From Pseudomonadota bacterium (lineage in GTDB: Bacteria; Pseudomonadota; Gammaproteobacteria; Burkholderiales; Burkholderiaceae_D): a stretch of DNA of 64,000 bases. The notes under the pieces were generated by a model, which was not told the DNA's origin, did not search any database, and saw nothing but the letters and a program-made list of their open reading frames with translations. The stretch spans positions 1,121-65,120 of the forward strand of contig JAZJYP010000075.1 in assembly GCA_040390345.1 (NCBI GenBank). Reading direction: 5' to 3'. Below are positions 46,004-58,189 of this stretch, piece by piece. The stretch's first letter is position 1. Every line of letters starts with the position of its first letter. The position numbers were made by a program, and so were the translations under genes.

Positions 46004-46306
46004 ATGACCCCTCTACAAATTGCGTTGCTGTGTGGCCTTGTCTTCGGCACCTTTGCCGTCGTGCTGATGTTGCCGATGGCATTTCCTGACAAGCGAACCG
46101 CCCTTTTGTGTGCCTTTGCCAGCCGTTTCGCGATTGGCTTCCTCATTCCGCTTATCAGCTTGCCTGTTCACGTTGCAGTAAAAGGGGCTGTCGTCGGTTT
46201 TCTCATTAGCCTTCCAGACGCCTTGCTCACAAAGGCGTACGCTCCGATACTTGGCATCGGTGTTGTCGGTGGCGCGGTCATTGGGATGGCGGCAAATACG
46301 TTCTAA
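46004..46306 (+). CDS. small membrane protein (3 TM), unknown
   Basis: 100-aa hydrophobic ORF on the same strand as the cassettes. Confidence 0.45.
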   Translation: MTPLQIALLCGLVFGTFAVVLMLPMAFPDKRTALLCAFASRFAIGFLIPLISLPVHVAVKGAVVGFLISLPDALLTKAYAPILGIGVVGGAVIGMAANTF

Positions 46307-46366
46307 CTGTTCGGCTCCGGCGGACGCACTTCAGCTTTGATATGTCGATATTTTCAGGGGTTTGTT

Positions 46367-46885
46367 TTGACGAGAATTTTGGAAACGGAACGTCTTATCG
46401 TTCGACAGATGCGCGTGGAGGATGCTGCCTTCATGCTCGAACTTTTGAATGGCGCGGCGTGGTTGCGCCATATTGGCGATCGGGGCGTCAAGACGCTGGA
46501 CGACGCGCAGGGCTATATCCGGAACGGGCCGCTGCAGATGTATGCGCGCCTGGGATTCGGTTCCTACGTCGTCGAATCGAAGGACACCGGGGCGGCCATC
46601 GGCACCTGCGGCTTGCTCAAGCGCGACTTCCTCGACGACGTCGATATTGGTTACGCCCTGCTGCCGCAGCATTGTGGCAGGGGCTATGCCAGCGAGGCCG
46701 CCAGTGCCTTGCTGTGCTATGCAAGGGACGTCGTGGGCAAGTCGCGCGTTCTGGCGACTGTGCGCGCGGCCAATGTGGATTCGGTCAGGGTCCTCGAAAA
46801 GCTGGGCCTGCGCTTCGAGCGGGCGATGATGCATCCGGATGGCGACCGGGAAATTCAGGTTTATGCCATCGACTTTACGCAATAG
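46367..46885 (+). CDS. GNAT N-acetyltransferase (RimJ/RimL-like)
   Basis: It opens with the typical ILETERLIVRQM and has the motif QHCGRGYASEAASALL. I propose a TTG start at 46367, preceded by AGGGG. Confidence 0.7.
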   Translation: MTRILETERLIVRQMRVEDAAFMLELLNGAAWLRHIGDRGVKTLDDAQGYIRNGPLQMYARLGFGSYVVESKDTGAAIGTCGLLKRDFLDDVDIGYALLPQHCGRGYASEAASALLCYARDVVGKSRVLATVRAANVDSVRVLEKLGLRFERAMMHPDGDREIQVYAIDFTQ

Positions 46886-46923
46886 CGAATCACAGCTGAT
46901 GTAACAACAGCAAGGAGGGCAGC

Positions 46924-47400
46924 ATGACAGTCAAGCGCATGGATAACGTTGGCATCGTGGTGGAAGACCTTGATGCCGCCATTGCGTTCTTTACCGAACT
47001 TGGCCTCGACCTTGAGGGGCGCGCCCCCGTTGAAGGCAATTGGGCCGATGGCGTCACCGGCTTGCGCGGCATGCGCGTCGAAATTGCCATGATGCGCACG
47101 CCGGACGGTCACAGCCGCCTGGAGTTGTCGCGCTTTCTCGCGCCGGCCATGGTCGCCGATCATCGCGCCGCGCCAGTCAATGCGCTTGGCTACCTGCGCG
47201 TCATGTTCACCGTGGAGGATATCGACGATACCCTCGCGCGGCTCGGCAAATGCGGGGCCACGCTCGTTGGCGACGTGGTCCAGTATGAAAACATGTATCG
47301 ACTCTGCTATATCCGAGGGCCTGAAGGCATTCTCATCGGGCTGGCCCAGGAGCTCGGTCAGCCGACTTCCCGGGCGAACCCCATCGCACCAGATCGTTGA
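46924..47400 (+). CDS. VOC/glyoxalase-family protein
   Basis: It shows MDNVGIVVEDLDAAIAFF..LG and a second beta-alpha-beta-beta-beta module (LRVMFTVEDIDDTLARL). Confidence 0.8.
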   Translation: MTVKRMDNVGIVVEDLDAAIAFFTELGLDLEGRAPVEGNWADGVTGLRGMRVEIAMMRTPDGHSRLELSRFLAPAMVADHRAAPVNALGYLRVMFTVEDIDDTLARLGKCGATLVGDVVQYENMYRLCYIRGPEGILIGLAQELGQPTSRANPIAPDR

Positions 47401-47409
47401 CGCTACGCG

Positions 47410-47718
47410 ATGAGGAAAGTTGTCGCCGCCGTGGCAATGGCGATGACGCGGTCAACTTTACCGCCACTTGTACCGAACAGAAAAAATAAACATCAAATGC
47501 GTCCAGCCTTGAAACAAAAAATAATCGATGTGTGCGAGAGCAAGCTCAGGATAAAAGGTCCAGACGTCGGTTTGTCTTTTTACGCTTTTTTCTGCAACAA
47601 GAACGAGGACCCGGCACTCTTGATGGAAGCGGCCACCTGGTGGATCCAAACGCATCAATTGGATCATTTTGAGAAGGCATCCAAGATCAAGCGCCTGGCC
47701 CTGCAAGAAACTCCGTAG
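47410..47718 (+). CDS. hypothetical protein (weak)
   Basis: The ORF lies in AT-richer DNA. The first about 30 codons look non-coding, so the real start may be the internal ATG (MRPALKQK). Confidence 0.3.
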   Translation: MRKVVAAVAMAMTRSTLPPLVPNRKNKHQMRPALKQKIIDVCESKLRIKGPDVGLSFYAFFCNKNEDPALLMEAATWWIQTHQLDHFEKASKIKRLALQETP

Positions 47719-47858
47719 GCAAGTGTTCGATGGCGAAGTGGGGGTATGCCAGCGCGAAGGGCGCCTGCGCGAGGGTGAAGGCAGTTGCCAAGATAAACAA
47801 GCAGGCGTTCGCTGCCCAGGTGCATTGCCCCGCTCCGGCGGCTATGGTTGAGGCCGTG

Positions 47859-47887
47859 TCCAAATGTCAGATGTGACCCCGACGTTT
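47859..47887. repeat. half copy of the GTCAGATGTGACCCCGACGT element
   Basis: A 20-nt identity with the right arm of the 61741-61842 hairpin. It sits exactly between the accessory stretch and the stop of the 2OG oxygenase gene. Confidence 0.7.
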
Positions 47888-48561
47888 TAGGCGGCGTCGT
47901 GGAAGATGAGACCGAGGGTGTGGCGGGTTCCGCTGCGCAGGCGGCTTACACCGTGGCGCATGTTGACGCGGTAGCTGCCGCGCGTGCCGTTCACGGGACG
48001 ATGATGCACGGGGAAAATCACGGCGTCGCCTTGCGCCAGCGGCACCACTTCGGCGCGCGACTGCATGCGCAGACGCTGTTCGGTGAGGACGAATTCGCCA
48101 CCCGTGAAGTCGCGCGAGAGCAGCACCGCCACTTGCAGCGGGAAGACGTGCTCACCATACAGGTCCTGGTGCAGGCAGTTGTAGTCGCCGGGGGCGTATT
48201 GCAGCAGCAGCGGCGTGGGGCGGGTCTGGCCCGCCTCGTGGCAGCGGGCGAGGAAGTCGGCATGCACTTCGGGATAGTGCGTGTCGATGCCCATGGCGGC
48301 GTTCCAGCGGTTGGCGATGTGTGCCAACGGTTCGTAAAGTTTCGTGCGCAGGCGCTGCAGGTGGTCGGGCAGCGGGTAGGCAAAATACTGGTATTCGCCG
48401 CGGCCGAAGCCGTGCCGCTCCATCACCACGCGCGAACGGAACAGGCTCGCTTCCGCATAGCTGGCGGCATAGGCGGCGCATTGCTGCGCCGTGAGCAGGG
48501 CGGGGACCACGGCGCAGCCATGGGCGTCGAGCTGCGCGCCCACTTCTTCCCAATCGATCAT
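47887..48561 (-). CDS. 2OG-Fe(II) oxygenase (COG3826/DUF2086-like), Ada-linked
   Basis: 224 aa with an HxD...H facial triad candidate (CLHQDLYGE ... MRHGVS). Its start overlaps the ada stop as ATGA. Confidence 0.7.
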   Translation of the reverse strand: MIDWEEVGAQLDAHGCAVVPALLTAQQCAAYAASYAEASLFRSRVVMERHGFGRGEYQYFAYPLPDHLQRLRTKLYEPLAHIANRWNAAMGIDTHYPEVHADFLARCHEAGQTRPTPLLLQYAPGDYNCLHQDLYGEHVFPLQVAVLLSRDFTGGEFVLTEQRLRMQSRAEVVPLAQGDAVIFPVHHRPVNGTRGSYRVNMRHGVSRLRSGTRHTLGLIFHDAA

Positions 48562-49622
48562 TTGCTGCCTTCGCGTTCGAGCAGGGCTTGCTTGCGCTCG
48601 ACGCCCCAGCGGTAGCCGGAGATCGCGCCGTCGTTGCGCACCACGCGGTGGCAGGGGATGGCGACGGCGGCGGGGTTGGCGGCGCAGGCACCGGCCACGG
48701 CGCGCGCGCCCGAGGGAAGGTCGATGCGGGCGGCCAGTTCGGCGTAGCTGACCGTTTCGCCGGGGGGGATGGCGCGCAGCGCTTGCCACACGCGCTGCTG
48801 GAAAGCGGTGCCGCGCACGTCGAGCGGCAAGTCGAGGCCAATCTCGGGCGCTTCCACCAGGCCCACCACCTTGGCCACGGTGGATTCGAAATCGGCTTCG
48901 GCGCCGCGCAGTTCGGCCTTGGGGAAGCGGTCTTGCAGGTCGCGCGCGAGCAGTTCGGGGTCGTCGCCCATCAGGATGGCGCAGATGCCTTTGCCGGTTG
49001 CGGCAACCAGGATGGCGCCGAGCGAACTTTGGCCGATGGCGAAGCGAATGGTCTCGCCGCTGCCGCCCTCGCGGAAGCTCTTGGGACGCATGCCCAGCAC
49101 GGCGTCGGCCTTGGCGTAGAAGCGGCCGCTGGAATTGAAGCCGGCGTTGTAGATCGCTTCGGTCACGCTGCCGGCAGCGGCCAGGCCAGCCTGCACACGG
49201 GCGGCGCGCTGGGCGGCGGCGTAGGCCTTGGGGGTGATGCCGGTGTGGCGCTTGAACAGGCGGTGGAAGTGGAAAGGCGACAGGCCGCAGGCGGCGGCCA
49301 GGCTGTCGAGGTCGGGCGCTTCCTCGGCCGCCTCGATCAGGCGGCAGGCGCGGGCGATGAGGGCGGCGTGGCGCTCGGCCAGCGGCGGCAGGTTGGGCTT
49401 GCAGCGCAGGCAGGGACGAAAGCCCGCAGCTTCGGCATCGGCGCAGCTGGCGTGGAAGGCAATGTTCTTGCGCAGGGCCGGGCGCGCGCCGCACGAGGGG
49501 CGGCAATACACGCCGGTGCTGCGCACGGAGTAGTAGAAGGCGCCATCGGCGTCGGGGTCGCGCCGCTGCACAGCGGCCCAGCGGTCTTCGTCGGTCTGGT
49601 AGTGGTTCATTTCGGCTTTCAT
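48558..49622 (-). CDS. ada: bifunctional Ada: methylphosphotriester methyltransferase/AraC-type regulator plus O6-methylguanine-DNA methyltransferase
   Basis: The N-terminus has the Zn-Cys4 region (FYYSVRSTGVYCRPSCGARP...FRPCLRCKP). The middle is an AraC HTH. The C-terminus has the PCHRV active site. Confidence 0.9.
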   Translation of the reverse strand: MKAEMNHYQTDEDRWAAVQRRDPDADGAFYYSVRSTGVYCRPSCGARPALRKNIAFHASCADAEAAGFRPCLRCKPNLPPLAERHAALIARACRLIEAAEEAPDLDSLAAACGLSPFHFHRLFKRHTGITPKAYAAAQRAARVQAGLAAAGSVTEAIYNAGFNSSGRFYAKADAVLGMRPKSFREGGSGETIRFAIGQSSLGAILVAATGKGICAILMGDDPELLARDLQDRFPKAELRGAEADFESTVAKVVGLVEAPEIGLDLPLDVRGTAFQQRVWQALRAIPPGETVSYAELAARIDLPSGARAVAGACAANPAAVAIPCHRVVRNDGAISGYRWGVERKQALLEREGSK

Positions 49623-49753
49623 GGCGTTTTCCCTTCGCTTGACAATGCCTGCATCGTAAAGCGCCGAAAACGGCAAAACACCCCGGGTCTTGCTATTGAA
49701 TTCAAGTGCTATAGAATCGGAGCTTTAGGACGCCCCCCAACCCGGAGAGTAGT

Positions 49754-50473
49754 TTGGAAGAAGCCACCGCGCAAGAGAACACGCCGATTTTCCAGCGCAT
49801 CAAAGATTACCTGATGAGCGAAATCGGCGCTGGCCGCTGGAAGGAAGGCGATGTCATCCCTTCCGAGCAGGCCCTGGTCAAGCAGTTCGGTGTCTCGCGC
49901 ATGACCGTCAACCGGGCGGTGCGCGAACTGACGGCCGAGCAAGTGCTCACGCGCCGCCAGGGCTCGGGCACCTTTGTCGCGCCGCAAAAGTTCCAGGCCA
50001 CGCTGGTCGAAATCAAGAGCATCGCCGACGAAATCCGCGCGCGCGGCCACGAACATCGCAGCCACCTGCACCTGCTCGAACGGGGGCGCGCCTCGGAGGC
50101 GATGGCCGCAGCTTTCGAGCTGGCGCCGGGGGCGGAGCTGTACCACTCCGTTATCGTCCATTTTGAGAACGAGCTGCCCATCCAGGTCGAGGACCGCTGG
50201 GTCAACCCGGCCTGCGCGCCGGATTATATGGGGCTCGACTTTTCCACGACCACGCCGAACGCCTATTTGATGGATGCGGCGCCGCTGTCGGGCGCGACCT
50301 ACAGCATCGAAGCCTTGACTCCCACGCGCGAAATCGCCGACATGCTGGCCATCGAGGCGCGCCAATGCTGCCTGGTCCTGAAACGCAAGACGTGCTCCCA
50401 GGGCCGCACGGCCTCGCTGGCGACGATGTGGCATCCGGGCCACCGCTACCAGTTCGCTGGCAGCGTGGCGTGA
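49754..50473 (+). CDS. hutC: histidine utilisation repressor (GntR/HutC family)
   Basis: TTG start. It has the GntR HTH (LPSEQALVKQFGVSRMTVNRAVRELT) and a UTRA effector domain. Confidence 0.8.
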   Translation: MEEATAQENTPIFQRIKDYLMSEIGAGRWKEGDVIPSEQALVKQFGVSRMTVNRAVRELTAEQVLTRRQGSGTFVAPQKFQATLVEIKSIADEIRARGHEHRSHLHLLERGRASEAMAAAFELAPGAELYHSVIVHFENELPIQVEDRWVNPACAPDYMGLDFSTTTPNAYLMDAAPLSGATYSIEALTPTREIADMLAIEARQCCLVLKRKTCSQGRTASLATMWHPGHRYQFAGSVA

Positions 50474-50587
50474 AATATTATTTCATTTTTCGTCGATTCT
50501 TGTAATTTTTAATCAAGTTCCCAAGCGCGCAGAAACTCGTTACCATGGAGTCAGCACCGCCCTAACCGGTGCACGCCACTGAAAGGG

Positions 50588-54442
<3,855 letters not shown>

Positions 54443-54515
54443 GCATTAAAAAGGCAGGCGCCGCCAATTTCGCCGATAATACCGCTGCCGATAAAACCAA
54501 CAACAAAGTGAATCC

Positions 54516-54938
54516 ATGACAGCCACCCAGACCGCCCTGCCGCCCGTCCGCGCCCTGCGCGTGCTGCTCCTCGACGACGATGCCTTCACGCTCGACATCG
54601 TGCACGCCATGCTGGGCCAGCTGGGCCAGACCAATGTGCGCGCCGAGTCCGACGCGCGGCGCGCCCTGGCCCACCTGGGCGCCTGCCTGCCCGACCTGTT
54701 GATCTGCGACCTGTCGATGCCCGAGATGGACGGCATCGAATTCCTGCAGGCGGCCGCCGGTGCCGGTTTCCGCGGTGCCGTGCTGCTGTTGTCGGGCATG
54801 GACGCGGGCGTGCGCAGGGCCGCCGAACGGCTGGCGCGGGCCCAGGGCTTGCAGGTGCTGGGCGCCTACATGAAGCCGCTGTCGCAGGACGACTTGCGCG
54901 CTGCCATCCATACCCTGTCGGCCACCCTGCCGGACTGA
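54516..54938 (+). CDS. single-domain response regulator (CheY-like receiver)
   Basis: It has the LLLDDD acidic pocket, the phospho-acceptor region LLICDLSMPEMDG, and the conserved K (YMKPL). Confidence 0.85.
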   Translation: MTATQTALPPVRALRVLLLDDDAFTLDIVHAMLGQLGQTNVRAESDARRALAHLGACLPDLLICDLSMPEMDGIEFLQAAAGAGFRGAVLLLSGMDAGVRRAAERLARAQGLQVLGAYMKPLSQDDLRAAIHTLSATLPD

Positions 54939-55000
54939 AGTCAGACAAACACCGACCGCCTTGCACTTATGGCACAATAGCTCAAGTAGAAGGAGGGGAC

Positions 55001-55372
55001 ATGGCGACCATCATCCTGCTGGAAGACGACGAATTCCTCAGCGAGCTGTACAACGTTCACTTGCACGAGGCGGGCTATACGGTCGTCACGGCCAGCAATA
55101 GCCGCGGCGTGGTCGAACTAGTGGCGCGCCATGCGCCGGTGCTGCTCATTACCGACCTCGTCATGCCCGACCACGAAGGCCTGGAAGGCATTTTCAAGCT
55201 GCGCCGGGTTGGCCAGCTGCCCATCCTGGCCATCTCGGCCAACCCCGCCTTCCTGACGATGGCCGAGAGCCTGGTCGAGGCGACCTTGCTCAAGCCGTTC
55301 TCCGGCGAAACCCTGGTGGCGATCGTGGCGGGGGTGCTGCGCACGGCCACGCGCGGGGCCGCAGGTGTGTAA
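55001..55372 (+). CDS. single-domain response regulator (receiver)
   Basis: It has ILLEDDE, LLITDLVMPD and LLKPF. No output domain is present. Confidence 0.8.
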   Translation: MATIILLEDDEFLSELYNVHLHEAGYTVVTASNSRGVVELVARHAPVLLITDLVMPDHEGLEGIFKLRRVGQLPILAISANPAFLTMAESLVEATLLKPFSGETLVAIVAGVLRTATRGAAGV

Positions 55373-55573
55373 ACAACAAGAATTTGCGCGAAACGGCCCA
55401 CACTTTTCAAAAAAATAGGTTATTATTCCGGCGTGTCCCCGCCTGGCCCCTTCGTGCCGCCCTTCCAGCCATTGACTTTGCACACTTTGCCTCCACCATA
55501 GCAGTGTTGCAGAAACCGGAAGCCGGCTGGCGGCCTTGCCTGGCATTTGACCCACCCCCTCATTGAGAAAAAC

Positions 55574-55900
55574 ATGAGCGAACATATCAAACATATTAGC
55601 GATGCATCTTTCGAAGCGGACGTGCTCAAGTCGGAGCGTCCCGTACTGGTCGATTTCTGGGCCGAATGGTGCGGTCCGTGCAAGGCCATCGCCCCCATCC
55701 TCGAAGAAGTCGCCAAGGAATACGACGGCAAGATCCAGATCGCCAAGATGGACGTTGACGCCAACCAGGCCGTACCGGCCAAGTTCGGCATCCGTGGCAT
55801 CCCGACCCTGATCCTGTTCAAGAACGGCGTCGCCGCCGCCCAGAAAGTGGGCGCCATGGCCAAGGGCCAGCTGACGTCCTTCATCGACAGCAACATCTAA
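55574..55900 (+). CDS. trxA: thioredoxin
   Basis: 108 aa with the WCGPC active site and full-length TrxA similarity. Confidence 0.95.
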   Translation: MSEHIKHISDASFEADVLKSERPVLVDFWAEWCGPCKAIAPILEEVAKEYDGKIQIAKMDVDANQAVPAKFGIRGIPTLILFKNGVAAAQKVGAMAKGQLTSFIDSNI

Positions 55901-56025
55901 AACAAGAATACCGGCGGCAGCGCGCCCGCACTGCCGCCGAGAGACCCGGGAAGCCCAGCTTCCCCGAATTGATCAACCCACGCTGTTCCCTCCCCTACCT
56001 ATACTCCCGTCACGGGACTCAACAC

Positions 56026-57288
56026 ATGCATCTATCTGAACTTAAGGCCATGCACGTTTCCGCCCTGCTGGAAATGGCGATCGGCCTCGACATCGACAAC
56101 GCTGCCCGCCTGCGCAAGCAGGAACTGATGTTCGCGATCCTGAAAAAGCGCGCGAAATCGGGCGAGCAGATCTTCGGCGACGGCGCCCTCGAAGTGCTGC
56201 CGGACGGCTTCGGCTTCCTGCGCTCGCCCGACGCGTCCTATATGGCTTCGACCGACGATATCTACATCTCGCCGTCGCAGATCCGCCGCTTCAACCTGCA
56301 CACGGGCGACTCGATCGAAGGCGAAGTGCGCACCCCGAAAGACGGCGAGCGCTATTTCGCGCTGGTCAAGGTCGACAAGGTCAACGGCGAATCTCCGGAA
56401 GCCTCCAAGCATCGCATTCTGTTCGAGAACTTGACCCCGCTGCACCCGAACGAGCCGCTGCGCCTCGAGCGCGAAATGAACGGCCAGGAAAACATCACCG
56501 GCCGCATCATCGACCTGATCGCGCCGATCGGCAAGGGCCAGCGCGGCCTGCTGGTGGCCTCGCCCAAGTCGGGCAAGTCGGTGATCCTGCAGCACATCGC
56601 GCACGCGATCACGGCCAACCATCCGGACTGCACCCTGATCGTGCTGCTGATCGACGAGCGGCCGGAGGAAGTGACGGAGATGCAGCGTTCGGTGCGCGGC
56701 GAAGTGGTCGCCTCGACCTTCGACGAGCCGGCCACGCGCCACGTGCAGGTCGCCGAGATGGTGCTGGAAAAAGCCAAGCGCCTGGTCGAGATGAAGAAGG
56801 ACGTGATCATCCTGCTGGACTCGATCACCCGCCTGGCCCGTGCCTACAACACCGTGATCCCTGCCTCCGGCAAGGTGCTGACCGGTGGTGTGGACGCCAA
56901 CGCGCTGCAACGCCCTAAGCGCTTCTTCGGCGCCGCCCGCAACATCGAGGAAGGCGGCTCGCTGACCATCATCGCCACCGCGCTGATCGAAACCGGTTCG
57001 CGCATGGACGACGTGATCTACGAAGAATTCAAGGGTACCGGCAATATGGAGGTGCACCTGGAGCGCCGCCTGGCCGAGAAGCGCGTCTACCCGGCGATCA
57101 ACCTGAACAAATCGGGCACCCGCCGCGAAGAACTGCTGATCAAGCCGGACCAGCTGCAGAAGATCTGGATCCTGCGCAAGCTGCTGTACTCGATGGACGA
57201 GATCGAAGCGATGGAGTTCATCCTCGACAAGATGAAGGCCACGAAGAACAACAACGAGTTCTTCGACATGATGCGGCGCGGCGGCTAA
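56026..57288 (+). CDS. rho: transcription termination factor Rho
   Basis: 420 aa. MHLSELK..., the RNA-binding domain, the Walker A motif ([17 protein letters not shown]) and the Q/R loops are present. Confidence 0.97.
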   Translation: MHLSELKAMHVSALLEMAIGLDIDNAARLRKQELMFAILKKRAKSGEQIFGDGALEVLPDGFGFLRSPDASYMASTDDIYISPSQIRRFNLHTGDSIEGEVRTPKDGERYFALVKVDKVNGESPEASKHRILFENLTPLHPNEPLRLEREMNGQENITGRIIDLIAPIGKGQRGLLVASPKSGKSVILQHIAHAITANHPDCTLIVLLIDERPEEVTEMQRSVRGEVVASTFDEPATRHVQVAEMVLEKAKRLVEMKKDVIILLDSITRLARAYNTVIPASGKVLTGGVDANALQRPKRFFGAARNIEEGGSLTIIATALIETGSRMDDVIYEEFKGTGNMEVHLERRLAEKRVYPAINLNKSGTRREELLIKPDQLQKIWILRKLLYSMDEIEAMEFILDKMKATKNNNEFFDMMRRGG

Positions 57289-57307
57289 GCCCTCCCCATC
57301 AGACCAG

Positions 57308-57332
57308 AAAGGCGGCTGCGGCCGCCTTTTTT
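57308..57332 (+). terminator. rho-independent terminator after rho
   Basis: AAAGGCGGC-TGCG-GCCGCCTTTTTT. Confidence 0.8.
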
Positions 57333-57833
57333 ACGTCACGAACCCGTGCATCCCGTGTATCAAACGACAACGGGATACCTCGTTCCCGCGCAGGCGCGTC
57401 GGGAATAATTCTCTTGGCATCGATGCGACCCCGATCAGGCCTTGGACGACTGCAGAAATTGCGATAATGAAACTTGAAATTCAAGAATCAAGGCCGTCCC
57501 CGCTTTCGCGAGGGCGACGTCGGGTCATTATTTTGGTCTTAAGCCAGGCCGCGAATTCGGCGTCAGCGCATGCTCACTGGACGTTTCGCGACCAACAGAA
57601 TTCGAATTGCTCAAAACAGGGCGCGCCTGCGGGCCCTTGCACGAAACCGGCTTCGATACCATCTTGCCTTTACAACAGCTCGCCAGGCTGGGGCCACTTC
57701 CGCGCACGCGAAAATAGGTGTACAATCGCCGGTTGCAGTATTCAACCCCTGGCAAGTGAGCGGCAATCGGGTCACGGAGCAAGACCGACCGACGAAGTGC
57801 TGTTTGGCTACCAAACCAACCGAGAGTCCCAGC

Positions 57834-58103
57834 ATGAAAAAAGATATCCATCCAGATTACCGCGAAGTGGTGTTCCACGACCTGTCGTGCGACTTCAAAT
57901 TCATCACCCGTTCGACCATCCAGACCCGTGAGAAGATCACCCACGAAGGCGCTGAGTACCCACTGGTCAAGATCGAGGTGTCGGCTGAATCGCACCCGTT
58001 CTACACCGGCAAGCACAAGATCGTCGACACCGCTGGCCGCGTCGACAAATTCCGCCAGAAATTCGGTGCCATCGGCTCGAAGACGGCTGTCGCCAACGGC
58101 TAA
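57834..58103 (+). CDS. rpmE2: 50S ribosomal protein L31, type B (no zinc ribbon)
   Basis: [16 protein letters not shown]...SHPFYTGK. It lacks the CxxC pairs of type A L31. Confidence 0.9.
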   Translation: MKKDIHPDYREVVFHDLSCDFKFITRSTIQTREKITHEGAEYPLVKIEVSAESHPFYTGKHKIVDTAGRVDKFRQKFGAIGSKTAVANG

Positions 58104-58123
58104 TTTTTTTGCCGCTCGACCCG

Positions 58124-58152
58124 AAAAAGGCAGCCACGGCTGCCTTTTTTGT
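58124..58152 (+). terminator. rho-independent terminator after rpmE2
   Basis: AAAAAGGCAGCC-AC-GGCTGCCTTTTTTGT. Confidence 0.8.
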
Positions 58153-58189
58153 TTGATACTTCGCTCTACCGAATTTACCACCCGCCTCG

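Noticed and set aside
47402-47458. A 57-bp palindrome, GTTGACGC ... GCGGTCAAC, considered as another attC.
   Set aside because: The polarity is wrong. It starts with GTT and ends with AAC, whereas an attC starts with RYYYAAC and ends with GTTRRRY. It also lies inside the dubious 5' part of ORF 47410-47718.
49690-49717. TTGCTA-16 nt-TAGAAT as the hutC promoter, and AAGTGCTATAGAATC as a second HutC box.
   Set aside because: The hexamers are plausible, but the site could equally serve the divergent ada gene. The putative box matches the HutC consensus only in the central TATAGA. The evidence is too weak to annotate.
57700-57833. A Zur box in front of the type B L31 gene.
   Set aside because: There is no AT-rich palindrome of the Zur type near the putative -35/-10 region. 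Zinc regulation therefore cannot be claimed from the sequence.
57333-57833. A known structured RNA (6S, tmRNA, RNase P or a riboswitch) in the rho-rpmE2 spacer.
   Set aside because: I could not recognise any conserved core motifs of these RNAs by eye. It is left as an open low-interest finding.
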